Sequence record: MN047793.1
DNA length: 64,000 bases
Direction: 5' to 3' (one strand)
Part shown: one piece after another, positions 18,045 to 27,298 of the stretch
Numbering within the stretch: position 1 is the stretch's first letter
Layout of the letters: each line of letters opens with the position of its first letter
Made by a program: the position numbers and the translations under genes
Notes under the pieces: model-generated
Databases searched by the model: none
What the model saw: the letters and a program-made list of their open reading frames with translations, nothing else
Told to the model about the DNA's origin: nothing

Positions 18045-18383
18045 TTATGCAGGCTCAACTGTCCAGATGTAGGCCGCTGGATAGCCTGCACAGCTGTTAT
18101 ATACTTGCTCATACGACCCTTCACGGATAATATCCCATGAGCTAAAGCCATCCCACACCCTGATTTTCCAACGCTCCAGAATGAAAAAGTCTTCAGGAAG
18201 GTAATCACTGGTAACACCATCGGTCCAGTACAGGCCAACCGTGTGACCATTATGAAACGATACGTACCACATGCCGGCATTTCCATGAACGCGGTAGCCT
18301 GAATTTTTCCAACACACCACAACTCCTGCTTCCACTGCTGTCGTGACTTCTTTCAGGGTCTTGAATTCGGAAGTGGTAGACAT
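18045..18383 (-). CDS. Hypothetical protein
   Basis: Start at MSTTSEF; V.WK..GY.V motif. Confidence 0.65.
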   Translation of the reverse strand: MSTTSEFKTLKEVTTAVEAGVVVCWKNSGYRVHGNAGMWYVSFHNGHTVGLYWTDGVTSDYLPEDFFILERWKIRVWDGFSSWDIIREGSYEQVYNSCAGYPAAYIWTVEPA

Positions 18384-18489
18384 GTTTGCGTTCCGTGTGT
18401 GCTGTTGATGTGTATAGATTAGCACACTAAATTATAATGTCAACATCTTATTTCAATTATTTTCGTTCAGGTTGTTCAGTCTCACGGGC

Positions 18490-18540
18490 TTATGCTCCCG
18501 GCCTGCCATCCATTTTACACTATAATTTAGGTGAATGCAA
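18490..18540 (-). repeat. Promoter/mini-RNA module copy 6
   Basis: Reverse strand TTGCAT-17-TAAAAT GGATGGC AGGCCGGGAGCATAA. Confidence 0.8.
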
Positions 18541-18674
18541 GGGGTTGACAACAGAAAATATCATGGTAGGCTGTCAAATCGTACAGGCAAAAAGAAACCC
18601 CACGACCAGAGTCATGGGGTTCCGGTTCGGGACACCACTCCCGACCCTACCACACTGGGCACCACCCCAGCATG

Positions 18675-18929
18675 TTACTTGCGGGCCACCGCCATCGGCG
18701 CGTTCAGGTTCAGTTCCCAAATCTTGGGAGCCGGCCCGCGAATACCTTCCGGCTTATCAGCCGTACCGACTTCAGTAGCGAAGCCCAGGCGAGTCATGAC
18801 CGACAGTTCCGGCTGACCGACAGTGCGACCATTGATGGTGATGGAGCCAGCCAGTTCGGCAATCGTACCACGAACGGTGGTCTCGGTGAACTCGGCGGTG
18901 GTGGCAGTAGCGACCTTCGACATATGCAT
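18675..18929 (-). CDS. Hypothetical protein
   Basis: 84-aa ORF, AAGGA RBS, terminator at ~18595-18620. Confidence 0.7.
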   Translation of the reverse strand: MHMSKVATATTAEFTETTVRGTIAELAGSITINGRTVGQPELSVMTRLGFATEVGTADKPEGIRGPAPKIWELNLNAPMAVARK

Positions 18930-19004
18930 TTCCTTGGTTAGTTAGAATGATCTTGACTATGTGGATATGATATCTAAATTATTGTTGTTGTCAACACTTA
19001 TCTG

Positions 19005-19029
19005 CAAATAAGTCCTAACGCAAGCGTTA
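19005..19029. repeat. 25-bp intergenic hairpin repeat (copies 21742-21766, 26360-26384)
   Basis: CAAATAAGTCCTAACGC(A/T)xGCGTTA. Confidence 0.8.
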
Positions 19030-19145
19030 CTCCTTACATGCATGCTGGTGAACTAGCTATCCCAGCTACCCGGTAGTTATCAGCGGAGGTTACTGACTAT
19101 CCGGTTTTCTCACTTAAGGGTGCGCCAACACTTGTCTTAAGTGGT
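19030..19145 (-). ncRNA. Candidate promoter-driven structured ncRNA
   Basis: TTGACA-16-TATTAT at 19179-19152 (reverse); no ORF; hairpins 19111-19143 and 19044-19084. Confidence 0.45.
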
Positions 19146-19182
19146 GAATCTATAATACCATGGCAAATTGTATTGTCAAGTA

Positions 19183-19380
19183 TTATTGTTTGGGAACGAA
19201 TGCAGGAACACAGACAACATTGCGAGGAAGTGCAGATTCACAAGTCTTCTTCATGTCCCTCAGTTCATAGATTGTAACGCCAGTGTCCAAAGGAATGAAT
19301 GTGCGAATGGCAATACCAAAAACCGAGCCAATAGAAATCCCTACAAGAATACATGAGATAGCAATTTCACGAGATGTCAT
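19183..19380 (-). CDS. Small membrane protein
   Basis: N-terminal TM helix. Confidence 0.6.
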   Translation of the reverse strand: MTSREIAISCILVGISIGSVFGIAIRTFIPLDTGVTIYELRDMKKTCESALPRNVVCVPAFVPKQ

Positions 19381-19442
19381 GTTATAATTCCTTGGTTGAT
19401 GTGACTATCTTAGCACACTAAATTATAAAGTCAACAACTAAT

Positions 19443-19676
19443 TTACTTTCTTTTCTTATTCTTGCGGTGCTTGGCACGTTCAGCGCGCGCAGCAGCATGC
19501 TTGCTGGCCGGCTTGCTGTTGTACCAGTCAAGGTATTTCGCCATCAATGCTGGGTCGATGCCCGTGCTCTTGCCAACATTGGAGGGGTAATACCGGCGAC
19601 CTTCCTGTTCAGTTGCTTCAGCTTCGAGCATATCAGTCATGATTTTTGCCATGTTGGTGTCGTAGTTAAGTTCCAT
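19443..19676 (-). CDS. Hypothetical protein with basic tail
   Basis: 77-aa ORF. Confidence 0.6.
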   Translation of the reverse strand: MELNYDTNMAKIMTDMLEAEATEQEGRRYYPSNVGKSTGIDPALMAKYLDWYNSKPASKHAAARAERAKHRKNKKRK

Positions 19677-19737
19677 GATACGATTCTACAATACTTTATA
19701 GGATGTGGCAACTACTTTGCGAAAATTTCTATCGCAG

Positions 19738-19745
19738 CATAAATA
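19738..19745 (+). promoter_or_regulatory. T4-like late promoter motif CATAAATA (also reverse 58442-58449; CTAAATA before several tRNAs)
   Basis: Resembles the T4 late consensus TATAAATA; sits just upstream of start codons and tRNAs that lack sigma70 boxes. Confidence 0.5.
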
Positions 19746-19751
19746 AGGTTT

Positions 19752-20171
19752 ATGCTACTAGAAGACATCCGCCCTCAATCCATCCGACGCGATAACTCCG
19801 CAGAACGCCTGTACCATAAGGATATTGGCTTCCCGGACAACGTGAACATGCCCCGTGGTTTTACACCAGTAATCAAACTGCGTTATGGCGGTCATGCCCG
19901 TGAGGAAGCAATGTTAGACAAGTATGGCAACATCAAGTTACCAGATGTCGTAGACGTGCGTAAGGGTGATGTGGTTGAGGTCGGCGTTACTAACAACGTC
20001 GTTACAAAAATGGTGGTACGCTTCCACTATGATGATAGACGTGACATCGTTCTAGTGATCAATCCTAGCGATGGTTTCGTACGTACAGTATGGGCTAACG
20101 ACAAGAATGACAAACACAAGTCATTGAATCGGGCCAAATACGTTGACCCGAAACAAGACCGTAATCGTTAA
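19752..20171 (+). CDS. Conserved hypothetical protein, possible BECR/RelE-like RNase fold
   Basis: HA..D.YG.I.LP...K.VVR..YD..DIVLVI..G.V.TVW.N...D.H pattern; lone plus-strand gene behind a late motif. Confidence 0.55.
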   Translation: MLLEDIRPQSIRRDNSAERLYHKDIGFPDNVNMPRGFTPVIKLRYGGHAREEAMLDKYGNIKLPDVVDVRKGDVVEVGVTNNVVTKMVVRFHYDDRRDIVLVINPSDGFVRTVWANDKNDKHKSLNRAKYVDPKQDRNR

Positions 20172-20467
20172 GCTTCGCCCCGGCTGATTCGATACAATTG
20201 GCCGGAATACTTCAGCATACACTTCCGAACAATAGCAATTTGTCGCTTGCTCAAAAATGCAGTGCGCTTATACTGCTTTGCCATGTCAGATAGAATCGTG
20301 GCATCGAATGCATTGAATCCGATACCATTTGATTCCTTTGTGACATCTGCATTTTGCTCCTCGTCAGTCTGTCGAGCGTAGATAGCCAACAGACCACGAA
20401 TCAACCACTTGTCATCTGTCTTAAGCTTGGCGTGAATCTCTTCCTTAGTCCAGTATTGGCCCGCCAT
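20168..20467 (-). CDS. Conserved phage hypothetical protein
   Basis: DKWLIRGLLAIY.RQT.EEQ...NGIGFN.FDA. Confidence 0.75.
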   Translation of the reverse strand: MAGQYWTKEEIHAKLKTDDKWLIRGLLAIYARQTDEEQNADVTKESNGIGFNAFDATILSDMAKQYKRTAFLSKRQIAIVRKCMLKYSGQLYRISRGEA

Positions 20468-20501
20468 CTTATTAGTTCCGGTAGGTGTTGTGAATACTAT
20501 A

Positions 20502-20879
20502 CTAAATTATAGTTTTGGTGTCAACCCTTACGCCAATAATTTTTTCAAGTATGTCAATCAGCTTCTGAGTGTGCAAGAATTCGGACAGGTCAAAGATAGT
20601 TCCGCCATGGATTTGAGACCACAACTCATGGAAGCGAATAACTTCTTCACGAGTAGGCAGGTAATCCCCTTTTTTACGGTTACACTTCCCACACGATAAG
20701 ACGGTGTTACGTGTCAGAGTGTTACCCATGGCCTTGGGAAAGAAGTGGTCACGTGTGTATCCCTTACGCACTTCATTTGTCCAACCCATTTGAACCAATG
20801 CTGTGCCACAATAGAAGCATCTCCCCTGCTGCAAGTTGTACAATAGGGGTAATGAATAATACGGAGGTTTATTGGTCAT
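20502..20879 (-). CDS. HNH endonuclease
   Basis: CFYCG..TRDHFFPKAMG..N.VLSCGKCNRKKG. Confidence 0.85.
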   Translation of the reverse strand: MTNKPPYYSLPLLYNLQQGRCFYCGTALVQMGWTNEVRKGYTRDHFFPKAMGNTLTRNTVLSCGKCNRKKGDYLPTREEVIRFHELWSQIHGGTIFDLSEFLHTQKLIDILEKIIGVRVDTKTII

Positions 20880-21127
20880 TTGGAAAACTTATAAAGCAAT
20901 TCGGCTGCGCATTTTGTGGTGTAGAGATACCCATACACGGCCGATAGCTTCATTGGTCCTAAGTGATAGTAGATGTATGGACAACCGCCAAGATATGCCA
21001 TATCCTCGCACCACTCAATATAATTGTCAAGTTCGGCTTGAGTCACACTAGCAACATATTTCTTCAATCCCATGTAAACATGGTAAGGGATTTGAACTTC
21101 AGTCGTCAGAGGTTGGTGTGCAGACAT
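20876..21127 (-). CDS. Hypothetical protein
   Basis: GAGGA RBS before MSAHQP. Confidence 0.55.
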   Translation of the reverse strand: MSAHQPLTTEVQIPYHVYMGLKKYVASVTQAELDNYIEWCEDMAYLGGCPYIYYHLGPMKLSAVYGYLYTTKCAAELLYKFSK

Positions 21128-21217
21128 GGCGTTGTCCTCGTGTGTAATCTGACTATAAAGCCACCATATCGTATTGTCAAGTATTATTTTCATTCAGTTT
21201 CGGTCTGATCACTCGGC

Positions 21218-21268
21218 CTATGCTCCCGTCCTGCCATCCATTTTACACTATAATTTAGGTGAATGCAA
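21218..21268 (-). repeat. Promoter/mini-RNA module copy 7
   Basis: Reverse strand TTGCAT-17-TAAAAT GGATGGC AGGACGGGAGCATAG. Confidence 0.8.
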
Positions 21269-21335
21269 GGGGTTGACGAAAAATATTTTGATGTTACACT
21301 TTATGAATCGACATTGATGAACGCCACGAACCTGA

Positions 21336-21755
21336 ATGAATTCACCATTGTTAACCTATGTTTTATACCCATCGGTTCATGAAATGGAACCGAAAGTGAG
21401 AGGTGCGGTCAAAAAGATGGGGTTAAAGGATGATTGTGGACAATTAATTGACGTGGCTAAGGGAAAGATTAGCATTCAATATGGTGCTATTGTTCTGTTT
21501 GAAGATGATAGGCCAGTTGGTTGGGCAGCTTGTTATAGTAAGCCGACCAGCACTACCAGTAATCCGATTGAATATTCTGCCATGAGTGTATGGGTCAATA
21601 TCAAAGACCGATGCAAGGGGTATGGCTACCAGTTAACAACGTTGGCCTATCGATATTGGTACCAGAAATATGACCCTGATACATTTCGTAGAGTCAATGA
21701 TTGGTGGTATAAAAAGGAACAAGCTTCACTAAGACGTAGGGCAAATAAGTCCTAA
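21336..21755 (+). CDS. GNAT-family acetyltransferase-like protein
   Basis: PVGWA...SVWVNIKDRCKGYG (R/QxxGxG/A acetyl-CoA motif). Confidence 0.6.
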   Translation: MNSPLLTYVLYPSVHEMEPKVRGAVKKMGLKDDCGQLIDVAKGKISIQYGAIVLFEDDRPVGWAACYSKPTSTTSNPIEYSAMSVWVNIKDRCKGYGYQLTTLAYRYWYQKYDPDTFRRVNDWWYKKEQASLRRRANKS

Positions 21756-21779
21756 CGCAAGCGTTAGTATTAGGTACCC

Positions 21780-22052
21780 ATGCAGTATTGTAAGGTGGTC
21801 CTTATCCCACCAGATAAAAACATTATCTTAATTAAGACTAATGATGGACAACGTGGCACCATCGAACGAAGTAAAGCAATGTTCCTTCGTGTGGGTGACG
21901 TGTTTACGGTTCAAGGGAATAAGTTTAAACTATTGACAGACGATGACGATGTGGTTATCATGTCACACCCAGACCGTAGGCAGTTGGTTCCGTATGGATT
22001 TTTTGGACCCAAGCCCCGGCCACCGGAACCCATCCAAACTCCAAGGTCTTAA
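21780..22052 (+). CDS. Hypothetical protein
   Basis: 90-aa ORF. Confidence 0.55.
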   Translation: MQYCKVVLIPPDKNIILIKTNDGQRGTIERSKAMFLRVGDVFTVQGNKFKLLTDDDDVVIMSHPDRRQLVPYGFFGPKPRPPEPIQTPRS

Positions 22053-22053
22053 C

Positions 22054-22548
22054 ATGTATAAGCTTACCCTGATTCTTATCTTGAGTGCTGCCAGCTTTAG
22101 CGCTGTTGCACAGTCATACACCCAACGTGGTGGCATTACTACTAGTCGTTATCCGGTCTATGACCGTGTGTACGAAGGTAGTCGCGAAGAATGTCATGAT
22201 GTCATCGTGCAGGACAATCGTCCCAATGTTGGTGGGGTCATCGTTGGCTCCGTGATTGGTTATGCCATTGGTCGTGAGATTGACAGGGGCACTGGCTATC
22301 GTGGTGGGTATTACGGTCATCGTCGCCATGATTACTATCGCCAGCCTGAGAGCCGTGTAGGCCGTTACGGTGGTGCAGTGGCCGGTGGGTACATTGGTAG
22401 TCAGGTTGGCTCTGGCGGCTCATCTGTGCAGCGTGTATGCGATTCTAACCGTAGCTATCCGAACTATCGTGAAGTGCTGACAGGTTATCGTGTGGTCATT
22501 CGCTATCCGAATGGTCAGATGGATGAATACTTCGAACCTGCACGATAA
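22054..22548 (+). CDS. Secreted glycine-zipper 2TM (YcfJ/SlyB-like) protein
   Basis: Signal peptide MYKLTLILILSAASFSAVA; GGVIVGSVIG..GGAVAGGYIGSQV; VQRVC..GYRVVIRY. Confidence 0.75.
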   Translation: MYKLTLILILSAASFSAVAQSYTQRGGITTSRYPVYDRVYEGSREECHDVIVQDNRPNVGGVIVGSVIGYAIGREIDRGTGYRGGYYGHRRHDYYRQPESRVGRYGGAVAGGYIGSQVGSGGSSVQRVCDSNRSYPNYREVLTGYRVVIRYPNGQMDEYFEPAR

Positions 22549-22608
22549 GTGTTGACACCAACAAAATCTTATCTTATAATTTAGTCATTCCAAACGACAG
22601 AGAACGTT

Positions 22609-23631
22609 ATGCAAAAGTTTAGCTCTATTGAACAGTTCCGCCATGTCATCAAGACTGTGCGTGAGAACAGTGCCTATCACGGCCAGCCGATTCCGACCAT
22701 CGAATACGAAGGTACGGTGAAGCTGCATGGAACTAATGCTGGTGTCCGTGTGTATGAGGATAAGGTGCAGGCACAGAGCCGTGAAAACCTTATCAGCATT
22801 GAAAAGGACAATGCAGGCTTTGCCCATTATGTGGCGCGGAGTGAAATTGCATTCCATCACTTGGTTGCAAATATTGCATTGCACTTTGACCACGCAAGCC
22901 AACATCGTTACACCATCTTTGGTGAATGGTGTGGTGGCAATATTCAGAGCAAGGTTGGCCTGAATACGCTTGAAAAGCATCTTGTCATTTTCAATGTGTA
23001 TGACCACGAAATTCAGAGTTACCTGCCACGTACGTGGATGGATAGCCTGATGGAAAGTAATGCCGTTATGCAATCGCTTCACGACTATAACATCCATCTC
23101 ATCAAGGAAATTCCGACGTTTAATATCAGCATTGATTTTACGCAGCCGGAACAGTACATTGAAGAGTTGGAGCGTCTGACTTTGGAAGTGGAAGAGTCGT
23201 GCCCGTGGACCACGTATCGTGGTGGTACTGGTATCGGTGAAGGCATCGTGTGGGTTAAGAAAGATGCTCCCGGTGATAACCGTTATTGGTTCAAGACCAA
23301 AGGCGTGAAGCACCAGGGCAAGGGCGAAAGTAAGGTGAAGACCTTGAATGTGGACCCTGTGCGTACTGGTAAGATTCGTGATTTGGTGCTGGTACTCACT
23401 CCGGAATGGCGTTTGGAGCAAGGTGTAACCTATCTGCGTGAGAATGGTTATTCGCTTGACCAAAAGGCCACTGGTCAGTTCCTGCAATGGGTGATGAAGG
23501 ATGTTATTAAGGAAGAGTCTGACACCATTGCTGCGAATGAATTCACTTGGAAAGAATTGACCGGGTTGATGACTACTCGCATTCGTGACTGGTATTTTGC
23601 TCACCTTACTTCTGAAGCATTGAAGGCATAA
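22609..23631 (+). CDS. rnlB: RNA ligase, Rnl2 family
   Basis: Motif I KLHGTN, FGEWCG, EGIV, FKTK nucleotidyltransferase motifs; C-terminal helical domain. Confidence 0.85.
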   Translation: MQKFSSIEQFRHVIKTVRENSAYHGQPIPTIEYEGTVKLHGTNAGVRVYEDKVQAQSRENLISIEKDNAGFAHYVARSEIAFHHLVANIALHFDHASQHRYTIFGEWCGGNIQSKVGLNTLEKHLVIFNVYDHEIQSYLPRTWMDSLMESNAVMQSLHDYNIHLIKEIPTFNISIDFTQPEQYIEELERLTLEVEESCPWTTYRGGTGIGEGIVWVKKDAPGDNRYWFKTKGVKHQGKGESKVKTLNVDPVRTGKIRDLVLVLTPEWRLEQGVTYLRENGYSLDQKATGQFLQWVMKDVIKEESDTIAANEFTWKELTGLMTTRIRDWYFAHLTSEALKA

Positions 23632-23632
23632 T

Positions 23633-23866
23633 ATGTCGTGCGAATGCGATAGTTGTGTAAGAACCGCCGAGTTTAATCGGCGGCTCTCACTAATCCCTGA
23701 AGAACATCGGGAGTATTTCGATTCGATTTACGAAATGCTATTGAATGTTGAAATGGATAATGACTTTAACAGTTCCGTACTAGATGGTTCATGGCCCACG
23801 GCGGTTGAATATCTAAAAAATAGTGCTGAAAAATGTGGATATAAGTTGGTACCTATTGACAGTTGA
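23633..23866 (+). CDS. Hypothetical protein
   Basis: 77-aa ORF. Confidence 0.6.
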   Translation: MSCECDSCVRTAEFNRRLSLIPEEHREYFDSIYEMLLNVEMDNDFNSSVLDGSWPTAVEYLKNSAEKCGYKLVPIDS

Positions 23867-23906
23867 TTTTTAACTGTTAAAATGACGGCTCAAATACAGG
23901 TGTAAT

Positions 23907-24233
23907 ATGTCTGATCCGTCACAAGAATCTCCACAGCCAGTTAGTAATGTTATTGATATGGCTACCTATATCATTAGCCTCGCTCTTCCAATGCGTATTA
24001 AGTATCAAGAACTACGTGAGAAGGCTAAGAAGTGTCCTAATCAAAAGCTTGCCGAACGATTCAATAAGGAAGCAGATGATATTGCAGAAAAGGGCATTGC
24101 ATTATCTAAACATTTGAATTTCTTGAGAGGGATCAAGAATCCTGCCCCGCCAATCCAGCCACCAACACCGATTGGCATGTATGGTGCACCACCGCCAGTA
24201 ACATTAACGGTCAGTCAACCAACAAATTCGTAA
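23907..24233 (+). CDS. Hypothetical protein with Pro-rich tail
   Basis: 108-aa ORF, terminator downstream. Confidence 0.6.
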   Translation: MSDPSQESPQPVSNVIDMATYIISLALPMRIKYQELREKAKKCPNQKLAERFNKEADDIAEKGIALSKHLNFLRGIKNPAPPIQPPTPIGMYGAPPPVTLTVSQPTNS

Positions 24234-24343
24234 AATCAAGAGTCCGAAGATGAAAATCTTCGGATTTTTTGTTGACATTCAGTTTTGTAGTCATTATAAT
24301 CCAAAAATAGTCTCAAAACTATAAAAACCACAGGAGCATAGTA

Positions 24344-24706
24344 ATGAATCTAGACCTAGAGTCTGCAAGGCTGGATGACATCCAGTTAGATGCAGTATCA
24401 GGGGAAGTCTCGATCAGTCTCGTACCGCAGGAAGCGGCTACAACCACTGTGACAGAAGTCCAGACTGTTACCGCAGTAGAACCCGAAACAGTCTCCCCCG
24501 CTGTTTCTCCACGTAGTCGTGCCGGCCGTAAGGTTGACACTACAGGTAGTACGAATTTGGGAAAGGCTCGCATTCTATATGCTGCCAATTCCTCATTCTC
24601 CCCTAAGCAGTTGAAGCAGTTGTTTGAAGCAGAGCTAGGCATCAAGGCTAGTGTGGCTCAAGCGTATGCCAGTATTGTACGTAGTAAGGCCAAAGCTGTA
24701 GGTTGA
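24344..24706 (+). CDS. Hypothetical protein
   Basis: AGGAG RBS; own promoter and terminator. Confidence 0.7.
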   Translation: MNLDLESARLDDIQLDAVSGEVSISLVPQEAATTTVTEVQTVTAVEPETVSPAVSPRSRAGRKVDTTGSTNLGKARILYAANSSFSPKQLKQLFEAELGIKASVAQAYASIVRSKAKAVG

Positions 24707-24825
24707 TACTATAGCTTTACATGAATGAATTGTGGGTGAAAAATTTTGCCCACAAATTCAAATTTATTGTTGACATCTTGGATTCTTGAGTTATAATTTA
24801 CTCATCGAATCACGGAGCAACAACA

Positions 24826-25590
24826 ATGCAGACCACCAATACCCGTCGTCTCCTTTCCGTTGCAGCTGACGCTAAGACCATCAAAGGCAGCAAGAAAGGC
24901 TTTCTGACGGGAGTTCTGTATCTGGCACCTCACACCATTTCGGGCTATCAGGTCTGCCCGCAGGCTAGTGATGGGTGCCGTGTGGCATGTCTGTACACCG
25001 CTGGTCGTGGCGTTTACAACAATGTCCAAAGCTCCCGTATTAACAAAACTCAGTTGTTCCACGAACATCGTGACGAATTCATGGCGTTACTGGTTAAGGA
25101 CATCGAAGCCTTGATTCGTAAGGCAGCGCGCGAAAATATGATTCCGGTAGTACGTCTGAATGGTACGTCTGACTTGCCGTGGGAAAAACTCAAGGTAATT
25201 CGTAATGGCATTTCGTATGCATCCATGATGGAAGCATTCCCTGACATCCAATTCTATGACTACACCAAAGTGCTTGGCCGCACTAAAGCGCTGTCACTTC
25301 CTAATTACCATTTGACGTTTAGTCTGGCCGAAGACAATGACAAGCGTGCAGTGAAGGCGCTTGAACAAGGTTACAATGTGGCAGTGGTCATGCACACGCA
25401 TCGTCGTGCAGACCCGAAGCCGGCTATGTGGTCCGGCTATCCGGTTGTCAATGGCGATGAAACGGATTTGCGTTTCCTTGACCCCAAGTCGGGACACATT
25501 GTGGCTCTGTTTCCCAAGGGTAAGGCTCGCAAGGATTCCATTGGCTTCGTACGCCAACAAAATTCGGGATTTAATCTGCACAATTCATAA
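24826..25590 (+). CDS. GP88-like protein (radical-SAM-related phage family)
   Basis: CPxASxGCxxACL, VRLNGTSD, FYDYTK, YHLTFS, GDETDLRFLDP. Confidence 0.8.
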   Translation: MQTTNTRRLLSVAADAKTIKGSKKGFLTGVLYLAPHTISGYQVCPQASDGCRVACLYTAGRGVYNNVQSSRINKTQLFHEHRDEFMALLVKDIEALIRKAARENMIPVVRLNGTSDLPWEKLKVIRNGISYASMMEAFPDIQFYDYTKVLGRTKALSLPNYHLTFSLAEDNDKRAVKALEQGYNVAVVMHTHRRADPKPAMWSGYPVVNGDETDLRFLDPKSGHIVALFPKGKARKDSIGFVRQQNSGFNLHNS

Positions 25591-25653
25591 TTTCATCCTT
25601 GATAATTAAATCGAAGTGAGGCATCATTCATCCTAGCAACGATACATACTAGG

Positions 25654-26157
25654 ATGAATGATAAACCCCCCACTCACAATGTAATTATAAAATGCTCTCA
25701 CAACAAACGTTCTGAAGAAGTAGAAGTTTTACATGAGGCAATGATCTTTTTCCTTGACGACCTACTAAAAAGGTGTACAATAGGCTACAAGTTAAATGTA
25801 GAGGTGAAGTTACGAAGTAACAAAAGATTGGTGAGTGATGATGGAGCAGAGAATGTGGGTCTAGCGCATTCATCATTCAAAAAGGGTCAACGATGGTTTC
25901 ATATTGAACTAGCGAATGACCGACCGTTTCTGGAACTGTTGTCAACCCTTGCACATGAAAGCATTCATGTTAGTCAACTAGCCACCGGCCGGTTGCAGAT
26001 CACAGATTCTGAATGGATTTGGGAAGGAACAAGTTACGGCGAAGAACCTTACATTGGCGAAGATAGTGATCATCAACTTCCTTGGGAGTATGATGCATAT
26101 TCTAAAGAAATTGATCTTACTAAGAAGTTTGTTAAAAAATACTATTCCAGTTGGTAA
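25654..26157 (+). CDS. Putative HExxH metallopeptidase
   Basis: TLAHESIHVSQ...PWEYDAY. Confidence 0.7.
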   Translation: MNDKPPTHNVIIKCSHNKRSEEVEVLHEAMIFFLDDLLKRCTIGYKLNVEVKLRSNKRLVSDDGAENVGLAHSSFKKGQRWFHIELANDRPFLELLSTLAHESIHVSQLATGRLQITDSEWIWEGTSYGEEPYIGEDSDHQLPWEYDAYSKEIDLTKKFVKKYYSSW

Positions 26158-26167
26158 CCACACATAA

Positions 26168-26347
26168 ATGAGCAACATCGCAAACATTTCTAATCAAATT
26201 GCAAAGCTTAGCCGACAGCTGACGGATGCCCGTGCTAATGGTGACGCAGAATTGGCCGAGCAACTTGAAGATGCGTTGAATGATCTTGAAGATGCGTTGT
26301 CTGATGCTGAAGAAGATGCTCGCGGCACTGGCTACGGCTGGTCCTAA
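26168..26347 (+). CDS. Small acidic coiled-coil protein (59 aa)
   Basis: Hand-translated MSNIANIS...LEDALNDLEDALSDAEEDARGTGYGWS. Confidence 0.6.
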   Translation: MSNIANISNQIAKLSRQLTDARANGDAELAEQLEDALNDLEDALSDAEEDARGTGYGWS

Positions 26348-26401
26348 TTCTAATCCATTCAAATAAGTCCTAACGCATGCGTTAGGTAAAAGGACATTAC
26401 A

Positions 26402-26836
26402 ATGTGCCTGTGTGTTAGTTCCGAAATCCACGAAAAGGTTAAACCCTCGTATATTCCAAAGGTAGCGGAACGCCCCTACCAAGTCTGGAAAGTGCTGCGT
26501 ATGGATAATGGTAGTGGATGGAGGTCTCCTATCCGGCTTACGCGATTTGACCTGAATGTTATCCATACTGCCGAATTCTCCTTTGATGATGATGGTGACG
26601 TTGAAGCAGGCCTGCATGGTCTATTTGGTGCGGAACAAAATGCTCTCGATAATTGGGATTTGGATGCTGAGGAAAAAATGTTTCCGGCATTGATTCCTGC
26701 TGGTGCTGAATTTTATATTGGTGATGACAAGGAATTTGCATCTAACCAGTTGATTGTATTCCCCGCCATGGACGCCTTGTTGGCCTATTGTGGTGTCGAT
26801 GAGCTTGATGCTCCTGTCTTTGCCTATAGACTCTAA
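26402..26836 (+). CDS. Hypothetical protein, paralog family B copy 1
   Basis: MCL..VWK.L..SP..VEAGLH..PA.IP.GAE.YIG. Confidence 0.8.
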   Translation: MCLCVSSEIHEKVKPSYIPKVAERPYQVWKVLRMDNGSGWRSPIRLTRFDLNVIHTAEFSFDDDGDVEAGLHGLFGAEQNALDNWDLDAEEKMFPALIPAGAEFYIGDDKEFASNQLIVFPAMDALLAYCGVDELDAPVFAYRL

Positions 26837-26847
26837 GATATAATATC

Positions 26848-27294
26848 ATGTGCCTAATAATTAACGATAAGTATCATACTGACCGCACTCCCAAGGTTGC
26901 GACACAACCGATTCTTGTCTGGAAAGTATTGGAAAGCGCAACGGAAAAACAAGCAGTATCTCCATACCAGGGCGCTACGTGGCGATTTGGTGTACAGAAG
27001 AAAGTTAATTTCTCATTTACCCAAACTGGTGATATTACCTCAGTGGGGGCTGGCCTTCATGCATTTATTTCTAAGGATTGCCGTAGTATTTCACGAATGG
27101 TTATAAATTGGTACCATGTGTATGCAACGGTGTATCCAGCCGTCATTCCCGTTGGTGCTGAATATTTCATTGGTAGTAATGATGAAATTGTCTCAACTCA
27201 GTTGACAGTTTATAAGACCGTTGCAGAGTGTCTGGCCGCGTTTGGTGCTACTGAATTTGCCCCTGGTATCCCTCTCAACTCATTGATGGTGTAA
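26848..27294 (+). CDS. Hypothetical protein, paralog family B copy 2
   Basis: Same motifs as flanking paralogs. Confidence 0.8.
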   Translation: MCLIINDKYHTDRTPKVATQPILVWKVLESATEKQAVSPYQGATWRFGVQKKVNFSFTQTGDITSVGAGLHAFISKDCRSISRMVINWYHVYATVYPAVIPVGAEYFIGSNDEIVSTQLTVYKTVAECLAAFGATEFAPGIPLNSLMV

Positions 27295-27298
27295 TATT

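Noticed and set aside
22585-23604. Long antisense ORFs (also 29010-29942 and 60103-60861)
   Set aside because: These are shadow frames of well-supported genes on the opposite strand.
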